A stretch of DNA of 41,600 bases, taken from contig NW_026250403.1 in the NCBI RefSeq assembly GCF_024521635.1, forward strand, positions 3,162,001-3,203,600, in the 5' to 3' direction. Position numbers and translations under genes: made by a program. The notes beneath the pieces were generated by a model. The model did no database searches. It had not been told where the DNA came from and saw nothing but the letters and a program-made list of their open reading frames with translations. Positions 1 through 12,030 of this stretch are shown piece by piece. How positions within the stretch are numbered: the first letter of the stretch is position 1; each line of letters starts with the position of its first letter. The stretch is from Tricharina praecox (Eukaryota).

Positions 1-3000
1 CCAACATTCAACTTCCAACTTTCCATTCGCTCCATCCCACTTAAGCCTCCAAGTTCCTCAAGTTCAACTTTCAAGTTAAACCCAGCTCGAGCTCGGGAAA
101 GCTCGGATCTGATCGGGGGCGCAGGGATGGCTCGTTCATTCGTATGTAAGCTTACATTATGCTCGCCGCCGCCGCTTGTTTGGTTGCTTACTGGAAGCGA
201 CGAGATGGAAGCAGGATGGAAGCAAGACGGAAGATGGAAGGATTTTTAAGCTGGTTTTATTTATGCTCGTCACGTCATGAAAGAAGAAAGTAGGTGCGTA
301 GAGTAATTTTTGTTTCGTGCTCGGGAATTAGGAGGAGGGAGATGTATCTAGAGTAGCTGTCTAGAGTATCTAGAGTACCTACGGTAGATCCAGAGTGAGC
401 CCATCCCCCACCGTTGGGGCCCAGAGGGGAGAAGGGGGGGGTGGTACGCCTGGTCACCAGCCTGGTACATAAGTCAACTTGGTATGGTGGAGGGGGGAGC
501 GTTTGAAAGCCTCCCGAAGAGGATTTTTGTTTTAAAAACATTAAACCCTGAAAGCTCGCCCAAGAAAAACAAAAGTTCGAAGTGGCGTCTACATACATAA
601 AGGGAAGAGGACGAGCTGGCAGTAACTACGGCAGCATGTATGATGTTGTATGTGTGTGTATGTAGGCTGAGATGGCCGGCCGGGCAGCCAGCGATACGTG
701 GCATTGTTTGCGGGAAGATCGAGGAAAGTTCTGGGTTGAGATTTCGAGGTGGCAGACAGGCCTGGCAGGCCAGGCCAGGAATGAAACGAGACGGAGGGCG
801 GGACAGCGAGCGGTTGGTTGGGTGGTCCCTTGATCTCACCCACCCACCCTCATCGATCGACGTCCACGCCGAGAGTGTTTTTTTAAAAAATCAATTGATT
901 TTTTCTTCTTTCTTTCTTTCGCTGCGATGTTTATTCATCATCTACTATCATAGATTGAGGATAAATGATAGATAAATACGGCAGAGGAGAGTGTTTGCCG
1001 AGGAGCTGCATTGCGAGCGCGAGAATCCATCCATTCCCATAGGCACAGCACTGTGCAGGTGTTTGGTGGGCACCGAGTCTGTAGAGTATGTAGCGTACTG
1101 TACAGACATACAAAATAGAGTACGAGCCCACTACACAGCGCAAATGGTCTGGCCGCACCGTCCGTCCGCACCGTGTGTCGGTCGGTTCGGCCGTGAAGGG
1201 TGTGCTGCATGTACCTGCATCGTCCCAAGCTATTTTTTCTTCGTCAGGCAGGCAAGGCAGGCAAGTAGAGCAAAGCAGAGCAAAGCAGAGCAGAGCAAGG
1301 CGAGCGGCAACACGGAGCGAGAGCGAGAGCTGGGAGCTGTCACAGCTCGTGAGAGGCTGGGAGCTGCTTGCTTGCGAACGGGTCGTTGGGTGGATGTGCG
1401 ATGTCTTGCTTGTCTGGCTGCTGGACAAACCACAACACATGTTACATGTATGTACGGCATGAGGACGAGCGAGCGAGCGAGCAGCGCGCCAGACGAACAC
1501 CTGCGTGCGCTGGTAGGAGCGAGGGCGAACGAGAAGAAAGAAAGAAAGAGAAAAAAAACGCGGGTTTTAGTTATGTACCCCACAGTCGCGGGTGATTGGG
1601 CCAGCAAAGAAAGGAATCCCGTTCTAGGAGGGGGGGGGTGGAGGGGGCATAGGGATTCAGCCCTCTTTTTTTGGCGCGGCGAGACAGACTCCAGAGCGGT
1701 TGTTCTTCTTCCCTGCCTGGCCTGCTGCACCCGGCGAACAACGTTTCGGTCGAGCCCTCCTCATCCTCGTCCCCGGCCGTCCCCTCCCTCTGAGGTGGCT
1801 TGCTACTCTTTTTCTTTTTTCTTTCTTTCGGTGTCGCTGGTTTTGGGGGCCATCACGGAGTTTTCTGCGCGGTTACCTCACCCTGCGGCTGCTGCAGTGG
1901 CGTCGTGGGAGATGCGTGCGGTGTAGACTAGGTCGAGTCTCAAGGCCACTCTAAAAAGTCGGGTAGGCAGAGAGCGGCCAGCTAGGAGAAGTGGTTATGT
2001 AGGAGAGGTGTCAAAGGTGCATCGAAGAGCACGAGCACATCGGCAGCAGCACGTATGTAGGGAATGATTTGAGCGAGGCGCGATTAGTCGCTGGTGATTG
2101 GCGGATTAGTGGGCGATTGCGTTCGAGTTCGGGGGGGAGAGGAGGCTCGCTGACCGGTGAGAGGTGGGTTCCTGACGGCGATGATGGTGATGATGATGGT
2201 GATGATGCTGCTGATGCTGGCTGGCCACCGCAAGGAGCTCTAGAGCAGCTATGACTCTCTCCTCTGCTCTACTTGGATCTGGAGGGAAACGGAGAGTCGG
2301 CAGTGAATTGAATTGGAAGGGGTGCGGTCAAGCGAGCCTTCCGCCTGCCATCAGGTTCCTTTCCTTTTTGTCGGTGCTGGATTCTTCTTCTCCGCAGACC
2401 GGGCAAGGCAAGGCAGGGTGGGTAAGGCAAGGCAGGGTGGGTAACTGAGGTCCTATGTCTCTCTCGCTGTCTGTGTCTGTCGGTCAATGTCTGTCGGTCC
2501 ATGTCTCGCTGTCGGTCGGTCGGGCTATGTCTCTTGCTGACGGTCGGTCCATGCCACTCACTGTCGGTCCATCTCTCTCTCGCTATTGGTACGCCCATCG
2601 GCCCGCCTGTCCATTCGTCTGCCCACCTGTCCACCTGTCCGCCTGTCTGCCTGTCCGTCCTTCTCGCTCCGTCTCTCTCTCTTTCTCTCCGTCTCTCTCT
2701 TCTCTCCGTCTCTCTCCCTCTCTCCCTCTCTCGCTGTGTCTGAGTGTCACTGCAGATCCTGGCTCTCGTTGTGCCGACGGGTGTCGAACCGCAAACTGAA
2801 GAACCAACCCCTGCCCGCATGAGTACATATTTGTAGACGGGCATGGAGGTTAATTGGCAGTTAATTTATTCACGAACACCGGAGATGCCGCAGAAAAAAC
2901 CCGTGAGAGCGCCCGAGCCAGCGAGCCAGCGAGCGAGCGAGAGGCACTGGCCCACAGAACGCACCAAGACAAGCCGCCCGCCCGTCTCGTCTCGTCTGAT

Positions 3001-3469
3001 GCTGCCACTCATCCATCGTGACCGTACTCGCCCGACCACGTACATGCTCACTTACTCACTTGAATACCTTCTCACTTACCCATTCACTTGGTTGCAATGT
3101 GCCTTTGCTGCGCCAATCGTCGCTTTGCCTCTTTGGCGAGGCGGCGTGAACGGTACATGCTGTACGCACGGCCTCATGTACTCTAAAAACCGCGCTGCAT
3201 CGCAGAGTAAGTATCAGCACCACTGCAGAAATCCCACTTACTAAGCCCACCACCCTGTGCGGCTAGTCTCATGCTCCCCCGAGTTGCTTGCCCTGCCAAA
3301 CCACGAACCCCCCCTCCCCACCACCACCACACGAACGAACTACCACAATTCCCACGACGGCTACCACCTGACACTTCGACTTTCCCTCCACCCCGTCCCA
3401 CTTCTCTTCTACCAGAACAACTTCTCCGACAACCAACCCTCTTCAACTTCTACTCCGTCACCAACCACG

Positions 3470-3532
3470 AACTTCTTCAACTTCCTGAACTTCCTCAACT
3501 TGCTCAACTTGCTCAGCTTCCTTGACTTCTCA
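3470..3532 (+). repeat. Degenerate 9-bp tandem repeat (AACTT(C/G)CTC-like, 7 copies)
   Basis: aacttcttc aacttcctg aacttcctc aacttgctc aacttgctc agcttcctt gacttctca read directly. Confidence 0.85.
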
Positions 3533-4097
3533 CTCTGATATTCCGCCTCCTCCTCCTCCTCCTACTTCTCCTCCTCCGTGCATCCTTACCGCACCCAAAT
3601 ATCTTGACCCCCCTCCTCCGAAACAGCGACAACGAACCCGAATTCCATCCAACTACCTAGAATTCATAGCGTCACTCTCGGCCATCTCATCCTCTCCGTT
3701 GTCAAGCAAAAAAAAGGGTGAGTTTGAACCCACCCAGCGCTGAACAACCCCCCTCCTCCCTCCCCCCCAGTGCTGCAGTCCTACCGCATCCACCTCACCT
3801 CACCCCACCCATTCCCAACGCACCCACACACTCACTCCCACTCACCCACACACCCTTCCCCTCCAAACAACCCATTACTGAACCTTTTTCTCTCCCACTG
3901 CAGCTCCTGCTTCGACTACAAGTAACACCGATCTGCCCTCCTTCGTCTCTCGACACACATTAGCATCCCGCGCATCTACCCGTCCCTCGATCTCATCAAC
4001 CGAACACCCGATCAACTTCTCCTGAAACCGTACCTGCCGACGGTTACTCAACCTCGACACACGTTGTCACCACACGCACACCACTCTTCCCCAAGGG

Positions 4098-4946
4098 ATG
4101 AGAATAGAGCCGCAACAGCTACAGCAGATACAGCAGATACAACATCAGATACAGCAGCAGCAGAAGCAGCAGCAGAAACGACAAGAACAAATTCACACCA
4201 CCACCCCTACTCGAGTACCAACACACAACGACACGATGCACAATCCTCCCGCGAAACGCAAGGTCGTCTACATCCCCCAGGACAACCTGAGGGAGTTCCA
4301 TAAGCATTTGCAGAGCAGAACGCCGAATACCGAATTCCGTTTCCGTCCCTCTGTCAGCAACAGCTCCCTTTTGGGACGTCGTTCGAATACGAACAAGGAT
4401 CAGCTTGCGGCGTCTACTTCTGGCTCGCTCATTCCTACCAACTGGAACTTTGTGGATCTCGTCACTCCTGAGCCGCCGACGCCCCACGAGCACCGAGCCG
4501 ACTCGGGCTACATTTCCGGCCCGACCACCAACTCGTCGAGCACCACCAGTGGTTCCCCGGGCGTTTACGCCAAGGCCCACCCCCACGCGTCCCATCCCGT
4601 CCGTGGAGCCATGCCGGCCACCACCTTCCCCGCCAATGTCGCCGAGTACAAGGCGGCCATGGAGCAGTCGGCGGAGCAGATCTTCCTGCACAAGTACGTG
4701 AGCAAGGAGTTCACGTACGATTCGCGCAAGGCTCGCGAACAACTGAAGCCGGTCCTGCGCCGCGCCCTGGACAGGAAGGAAGACCGACCGATGGTCGACA
4801 AGTTCTTCTTGCACGTCAACTTTAAGAAGGGTACCATTCGGGGCGAGCACCGTCGCCAGCGCCTGCACAAGAAGCCCGGCCAGCGAAGAGTCGACCTCCT
4901 CCAGGCGACTTACGAGAGCAGCGACTATTTCTCGAGGAACGAATGA
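4098..4946 (+). CDS. Hypothetical protein, 282 aa, with Q-rich N-terminus and basic C-terminal region; an alternative start is the ATG of MHNPPAKRK
   Basis: Uninterrupted ATG-TGA ORF with C/G-ending codons from about 4470, followed by a T-rich 3'UTR-like tract; no family recognised. Confidence 0.7.
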   Translation: MRIEPQQLQQIQQIQHQIQQQQKQQQKRQEQIHTTTPTRVPTHNDTMHNPPAKRKVVYIPQDNLREFHKHLQSRTPNTEFRFRPSVSNSSLLGRRSNTNKDQLAASTSGSLIPTNWNFVDLVTPEPPTPHEHRADSGYISGPTTNSSSTTSGSPGVYAKAHPHASHPVRGAMPATTFPANVAEYKAAMEQSAEQIFLHKYVSKEFTYDSRKAREQLKPVLRRALDRKEDRPMVDKFFLHVNFKKGTIRGEHRRQRLHKKPGQRRVDLLQATYESSDYFSRNE

Positions 4947-5792
4947 GCGTTGTCGCCTGTCTCCCAACCATTTTCTTTGGGTTTTCCTTTTGTATGGGTC
5001 TCCTTTGGGCTTGGTCATATCTTGGTGCAATGTTTCGGTCGGTGGAGTTTTGTTTCCTGGTGTTGGGATCTTTCTTCCTTTTCTTCTTCTTTTTTTCCTT
5101 CTTTTTTTTCTTTTTTTCATACTTCTTTTCTTAATAATTGCTATTTCTGTACCAAACTTTGTTTTCTTTGCTTTTGGGTTTTCTTACCACCGGTTGTTTC
5201 CTTCATGGGTTCGCCAACCCTACTTGTCCTTGCCATTGGGATTCCGACACATCTTCTCTACCGTCTTCTCTTTGTGATATCACTCTTTCGGGTTACGGCT
5301 TCTTCTCCTTCATCTTGTTGGGTTATCTGCTTTGGGATACGGATCATGTACTGTTTTGGAAGGCGTATCACGATGTTTTCAGCTCCTGGCGTCTTGTGTA
5401 TATGCTGGTAGGAGGCTCTTTGGTTTGTGGAGGAAGGCGTTCGGTCTGCACTGGGTTGTGTTTGGATCACTGGAGTTCATGTCTTTTTGTTTGTCGATCG
5501 GTTGGGAAGGGGAGGGACGAGGTGGAACATACTATGCATCATGAGGATTTTTCTTTTGTGGTTTTGTGGGGATTTGTTTGTAGGGGGGGTTTGGGATTAC
5601 CATGTTCACTGGTTGGTGAGGTGGTTGTACAGAGCTGATATTGCGGGGGGATAACGGGTACATATTACATACAAACAATAAGACGGAGTCTGATCGATCA
5701 AGATGAATGGATGGAACCGGGTGGATGTGGTGGTCGTGCTTCAAAGTTCAAACAAGGACTTGAGAGTTTGAGCCTACGTGAATGGACTCTTC

Positions 5793-5825
5793 GAAGAAGA
5801 AGAAGAAGAAGAAGAAGAAGAAGAA
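5793..5825. repeat. (GAA)11 microsatellite
   Basis: Direct reading. Confidence 0.95.
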
Positions 5826-8505
5826 AGAACAGCGGGGTAGACTCTAGAGTAGAGTAAAATAGAGTACACTCCGAAGTGACTCCGTGCAATGCACCAAAAA
5901 TACCGGTACTGGTACTGGTACTGGTACTGCTCGAGCACGCACTGCACTGCTCAGCACTGCTCGTATGAAGGTCCTCTCGACTCGACGCGGAGAATAGAAG
6001 AGAAGTGAAGTGATCGGGGAGCGAGACTTGCGAGCCGAAGCTCAACTAAAGCTGAAGCTGAAGTGTGAGCTCGCACAAAGCTCAAACTTCGCAGCTGTAG
6101 AGTTGCCGGCGCACTGCGGGTGGCCGAGTCGGCGACGACGATGTAACAAGCCGTCCACCGAGGTCCACCCTCGACCGTCCATCCACCACCGCCGCCCAAC
6201 CCTACCCCGCCCCGTCTCCGACATACTTTTCGCCAGACGAGCAACGAGCAGTCTACACAGCCGTCCATCGAGCATTTATAGTTACAGTTAATCCTACAGT
6301 CCTCCTCCTCCCACCGCCCATCGAGTACCTAGACGGAACTTCCCGCCCCCCCATGACGTCACCTCTCCCACCCTACCACCCTCCACCGCGCCCACCACAC
6401 AACTCGTCGCCGCGGCGGCGCGCGTGGGGGCCGGGATGTGCGTGTGGGTGTCGATGGATGGATGTCGCGACTCGCTCAGGGGCGTGGCGTGGCGCGACAT
6501 GGTGCGTTGTGGTGTGCTCGGTACTCTGGCTAGCAGGGGTGCGTGGGTGGGCGATGGGTTTTGGTGCGTGTGTGGGTATGGGTGTGGGTGGGCACTGGGG
6601 GTGGGTGGGTGCGGAGCCGCAGCCTGGGGCAGCCTTGTAAGGCTTGTGAAGACTTGGATAGACTTGGCAGCCGTGGTGGCAGCCGAGGTGTGGGGTGTGG
6701 TGTGGGTGTCGAGGGGGGAAACGGGCGTTGAGGGGGAAGTGGGGGAGCGGGCCGTCGGGGGAAACAGGAGGGCAGGACAGGAGGGTCCGGGAGGGCACGG
6801 GGGATGGCGTTTGCTCTGCTATGCTATCCCACCTATGCTACCTATGCTACCGGTTTGCCATGTACCCGCCAGTAGCGGGGAGAGGGGGTCACGGGTAAAA
6901 TCGTCCGTGTGCACTGTTTGGATGCGGAGCGATGCATACGGCCCATCGTGGACATGCTTCGACAGGCTGGGGCGTGCTTGGGCATGGTCGGACATGCGCG
7001 GACATGCAGGTGACGGCTTTGGGCGACGATCGTACATATCATGGGGTACTGCCTGTGGTTTTCTGTAGGTAAGTATGGGGTGGGTGCGGTGGGTGCTAGG
7101 TGGAGAGCGAGCGAGCTTGAAGCTCAGTTCAGATTTGCTCTGCTGAGTTCGGTTCGGCTCTGCGCTGCGCTACTCTGCTGTGCTCTGCTGGGCGCTGCGG
7201 GCTCATCGTGTGGCCATCGTGTGCGGGGCCATCGTGTGCGGGGCCATCGTGTGTGCATCGTGTGGCCATCCCATCCTCGTAGCTCATCCATCTCTGGGGA
7301 TGAGCTCCCAGCTCCCACTCGCACTCGCACTTCCGACGATGCCGTCGCCGCCGCAGCAGGTAAATGTGAGGAAACTACGGGATGTAGGTACACATTTTGT
7401 TTCCGGGCTTTCCTTGAAGTTGAGACTATATACTCTACCTACTCTACTCTACTTTACCTGTGTACTCGTACATACTCTACTTACCTACGCACTGTATCTA
7501 CAGTGTATCTACAGTACAATATACAGTGTAGGGATAGCATGGGCAAAAGAGCCGGATCGGACCGAGGCTTCCCATCCCCCTCCCCCTTCCCCTCCCCCCC
7601 CGCTCCCTTCAATTATTTCTTGTCCTTCCATTTCCCATTCGAATTTTTCCCTACACCCACACCTACTCGGGAGTCGGTCCCCCCATCCCCCACCCCCAGT
7701 CCCCCAGTCCCCAATGCTTCCCCAAGTTTCCCCCCGCATTCTTCCTTTCCCCGGCCCAGCCAGCCCCGGTCCCAGCCCAGCCAGCCCCGGTCCCAGCCCC
7801 AGCCCAGGTTAACTACCTAGGTATGTGGGCAGGTACATAGGGCGCTAGGAACGGGTTTTGTTCGTTTCGGGTCTTCGGCGGATGTATTCAGGTATATAGA
7901 GTATATATTCCTAACATAGAGTAGTGGGTGGACGGGGTGGACGGGGAGGATGGGACTAATTTATCCGGGAAGTATTCTAGAAGCCTGAAGCCTGAAGGGG
8001 TTTTGGCTGTGAAATATCCCGTCAGGCTTGGTGTGAGCACGGTACGGTAACTATCGCACCTGGATGGAATGGTACATAAGGGAAGGGATATATCATATGT
8101 TTGAACTTTGAATGGGCATTGGAGAGGTACTGGAATACCAACCGAGATTACGATTTACGAGTGCCCTCTCCTCTGGTGGAGATGGGGACTCGGGAAGGAG
8201 TGGTGACGGGTACGGTTCCGTATGGACTCCTCGGTATTCTCCCATGTGTCCATGTATTTGTACTTGGCGAACGGGCGGCCTCGCAATTACAGCCGTGATG
8301 TCTTCACATAAAACGGTGGACGTCGGTGATACCATGTCTCCGCCGGACACGTACCACAAGTTGCCTCCAAGACCGAGGCATACCGTCTCACGATGGCTAG
8401 AAGAGAACATAAAATCCCGGTTCCAATATTGCACAAAACGACTAGCAAGAAGCACGCGCAACTATCATACAAGCAAGCAACGAAACAGCACCTCTCCGCT
8501 CCGCC

Positions 8506-9879
8506 CTAGTACTCGGCAACCCACAGCGCCGCCATTCCCATTCCCGTGCCGATGCACATACTGGTGAGCCCAATCTTCCCCCCGGTGCGCTTCAGCTCCG
8601 TCAACAATGTGCTGACCTGCCGGGCGCCCGTGCACCCCAACGGGTGACCGAAGGCGATGGCACCGCCCTTGGGGTTGATCTTCTTCTGGTCGAGGCCGAG
8701 CTCGTTAGCGCACCACAGACACTGCGACGCAAACGCCTCGTTGATCTCGAAGATGTCGACGTCGTCCTTGCTGATTCCGGTCTTCTCGAAGACCTTTGGG
8801 ATGGAGGCCCAGGGGCCGATACCCATGAGCAGGGGCTCGACACCGGCGACAGCCGCCGTCACAAACTTGCCGACGATCTTCTGTCCGAGCTTTTCTGCGG
8901 TGGAGCGCTTCATCAGGAGCACGGCGGCGGCGCCGTCCGAGATCTGCGACGCGTTGCCAGCATGGATCGAGCCGTCCTTCGCGAACGCGGGGCGGATCTT
9001 TCCGAGCGCCTCAGCGGTCATGCCAGGTCGCACGCCATCATCCTTCGCGACGGTGATGCGGGACTTCTCGCCGGTCTTGGGGTCCTCAAAGTCGACCTCG
9101 AGCGGCCAGATCTCGTCGTTGAACAGCCCGGCCTTCTGCGCCGCCTCGGCCTTCTGATAGCTCGCGGCCGCAAACGCGTCCTGGTCCTTCCGCGCCACGC
9201 CCCGGTCCTTCGCCATCTTCTCCGACAGCACGCCCATCGGCACTTTACAATCCTTTGCCAGCTGCACGCCGTTCAGCAGCTCAGAGAACTCCGACACCGC
9301 GTTGGGGCCGTAGTTATTGCTCATGCTCTCGACGCCGGCGCCGATGCCCACGTCAATAACCCCCGCCATAATCGCCCCCGCAATATCCACACACGCCTGC
9401 AGCCCGGACGAGCACTGGCGATTCGTCGTCTTCACGGCAGTCGACACAGGGAACCCGGCGACAAGCGCGGCAGCACGGAACTCTGTCGCGCCGGCGCCGG
9501 GGGCAAGCACGTTGCCCACGCTGATGTCCTCGACCACCGCGGGGTCGATCCCCGATTTTTGGATTATCCCCTTGAACACGCCCGTGAGCAGGTCCGCCGC
9601 TTGCGTGTCCTTGAACCCGCCACGGCCGCCCTTGGTCAAAGCCGTGCGCAGCGTGCAGGTCACCACGATCTGGGGGGTGTTAGTACGCACGCGCGTATAC
9701 TGGTGGGGGGGAAAACGTACGTCATCGGGGTTCTTCTGGAGTAGCCGGTCGCGTGGTGTGCTGCCTGAGAGCTGCGAGGTCAGGTTGGAGAGGCGGGCGG
9801 TGGCTAAGAGCAGCGAGTCAGTGGCCGTCTAGCCCTCATCGAGTCCATCGCCCAGTCAGCACTTACCGCTAGACATCAT
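8506..9879 (-). CDS. POT1: Peroxisomal 3-ketoacyl-CoA thiolase, about 419 aa; exons 9879-9867, 9803-9721, 9669-8506
   Basis: Thiolase motifs NRQCSSG, NEAFA, GHPLG, CIGTGMG; introns 9866-9804 and 9720-9670; spliced N-terminus MMSSATARLSNLTSQL contains PTS2 RLx5QL. Confidence 0.95.
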
Positions 9880-10623
9880 GTATTTCGAGTATTTCGAGAG
9901 TTCTAGTTAAGAATGAAGCAAGTAATCGAGTCGATTCAAGGTGAGATGAAGCGATAAAAAACTTTCTGCAAGCTGGGGGGGGGCAAGAGCAGGTCTTAAG
10001 GACAAGTCGTGGTGAGGCTGGCAATGAGCGCCGCCGCCGGCGCATGTGTGATCGGCCTGGTGAAACGTCACGCAAGCATGTGAACGAATGGCAGGTGCCT
10101 CGGCCTCGGCCGGACTCACGTGATCCTGGTCCCAGCCATACAGAATCCACGGCTGTGATCTTCTGATCGATGTCAGACTACTGCCTCGGGCCGGGATGCT
10201 CGGAGGCTGGGAGCTTGGGAGCCTGTGTGATGTGATGATAAATAATCGTGCCGACAGATTAGAGTAAACTACAGGATAGAGTTCGAGTATCGACGCGTAA
10301 AGTGGAGGCCGGATACGGGCACTTGGCGGAACCCAGCAATGCGCGCGCGAAATCGAACCGTCGGCCCCGGACGCTGATATAGCTCTCGCCGCGACACCCG
10401 TGTTGTTTGACAGGAGCTCACTTGGCTTTCACATGTAGGTTATCCCACTAGACACATAACTCCGAACACGCTACTGTCATGGTATTAGCTGACTGGGTAG
10501 GTAGAAAGCAAATACAGACGATGCTCAAGACATGCTTTAGGTACAGATTGATTCATTTCGCCAGTCAAAACAGGTATCTACGGCAACAAAACATAAACCA
10601 GAGAACACTCAACCCCAACACGT

Positions 10624-12030
10624 CTAATCCCGTCTACTGAGACTATCTTCATCATCATCGTCCCTGTCTTTCTTCTTCTTTTCGCTGTCATCCTGCAGCA
10701 CCTTCTTCACGCCCTCGTCACCAAGCTCGTCCTTCGACTCGTCCCACTCGACATCGTACTCCGAAGCTACGGCTTTGATCTCCTTCCTCAGCGCCTTCCC
10801 CTGATCCACCAGGTCCTCCCACCGCTCAATGTCGAATCCCTTTTGCGCGTACAGCTTCATCTGCCGCTTGCTGACCGTGATGTGCAGCACGCTGCGGTAG
10901 CTGACCTCTCGATTGTGATACAGGAACCACAAGTAACCCGAGATGACCGTAGTGAGCCCGGCCAAATACGTAACCGGCTCCATGACCTCCCAACCCCACG
11001 AAGTATAAAACGTCGCGAACCAGACAGCGCCCCACCACGTAATCAGTCCTCCAAACCCTGCCATGGCGACATGCTGCGCGCCCCGATGAGCAAGTCTATC
11101 GCACTCCTCCTTCAGATCGCTGTACCGCCGGATCTCTCCGGAAACCGCGCGCAGCCGCTGCCGCAAATACCGCGTCCGGTCGCGGAACGACGGAACCTTG
11201 ACGCTGATCTGCTCGCCGCTCTCGATCTCGATCACGAATTCCTTGCGCTTGCTGGCGTCGCGCACGAAGTCGCCGACTTCCGTGGCCGCGGACCATCGCA
11301 CCATTTGCGCGTCGTCGCTGGCGTCGGGATTGTACGCCCGAAAGGTGATGTCCGGAGGGCGGGTTATGCCGCTCTTCTCGAGAGGTGGGATTTCGGCTTG
11401 GATCAAGCGTTCCATGTACGATAGTGGTTGGCTCGGATGGATCAGCAGGGCCAATGGCTCGTCTGTTGCCGACGATGTGGGATCCGTGTTCTGTGGGCGC
11501 AGTGGGAGTAGGATCTTCAGGAGCCGGGAGGGCGTGGAAACAAGCTCTCCTGTAGATATATCGCATCAGCACCAACTCCCTCCGCAACGACAATGCGACG
11601 ACATACCGCGACGCCCGGGCAAGATAAGATCGCGGTGCTGATAAGACGGTGGCTTATTATCACTATCTCTATGCCACGAGACCGACTGCGCTCTTGCCAA
11701 ACTTTCCACGCTATTCTTCCCGGTCAACTCCGCTTCCGCCTCCTGCTTCCCCTCCTCTTCCTTGAGCCGTTCCTTCTCACTCTTTTCCCCGCCAGTAACG
11801 GGGCCGAACTCGCCGCGCCGCGCGGAAAATACCGAAAAGCATCTTGACTGCGGGCGGAAGGAAAGCGCACTCCGGCCATGAAGAAGAAGACGCAGCGGCT
11901 TTAAGGTTTGCTGTGTGTCGCGTGGGATGCTTATCTGCGAGTGACGTGCCGGGACGCCCGTGAAGCGCACAAGGCCGTTTTGTAGGGGTTTCGAACATAT
12001 CGAGCGTGAAAGAGTGGCCCGCGTCGCCAT
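10624..12030 (-). CDS. mcu: Mitochondrial calcium uniporter, about 449 aa; exons 12030-11607, 11549-10624
   Basis: Arg/Ser-rich presequence-like N-terminus; TPSRLLK and PLALLIHPSQPLSY segments typical of fungal MCU; two TM helices around WGWEVMEPVTYL followed by LYHNREVSY; intron GTATGT..CAG 11606-11550. Confidence 0.92.

Noticed and set aside
1-3150. Many overlapping ORFs of 60-311 aa (e.g. 991-1926 +)
   Set aside because: Translations mirror CT/GA/CAGAG microsatellites and homopolymers, with no codon bias or domain motifs; treated as non-coding
3271-3525. Resemblance of the uORF peptide (HHHH..LPELPQ) to cpc-1/cpcA uORF2, suggesting a GCN4-like locus
   Set aside because: The downstream 282-aa ORF has no bZIP basic region or leucine zipper, and the LPELPQ periodicity is explained by a 9-bp tandem repeat
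5000-8500. ORFs such as 6424-7068 and 7041-7820
   Set aside because: Low-complexity G/T- or C-rich sequence with no recognisable protein features
8644-9744. Long antisense ORFs opposite the thiolase (likewise 4119-5120 and those opposite the monooxygenases)
   Set aside because: Shadow ORFs caused by high GC3 codon usage on the coding strand
8506-9879. Thiolase as the beta-ketoadipyl-CoA thiolase of the aromatic cluster
   Set aside because: It lies 11 kb from the nearest aromatic gene, beyond unrelated genes, and looks like a standard PTS2 beta-oxidation thiolase; no sequence evidence of linkage
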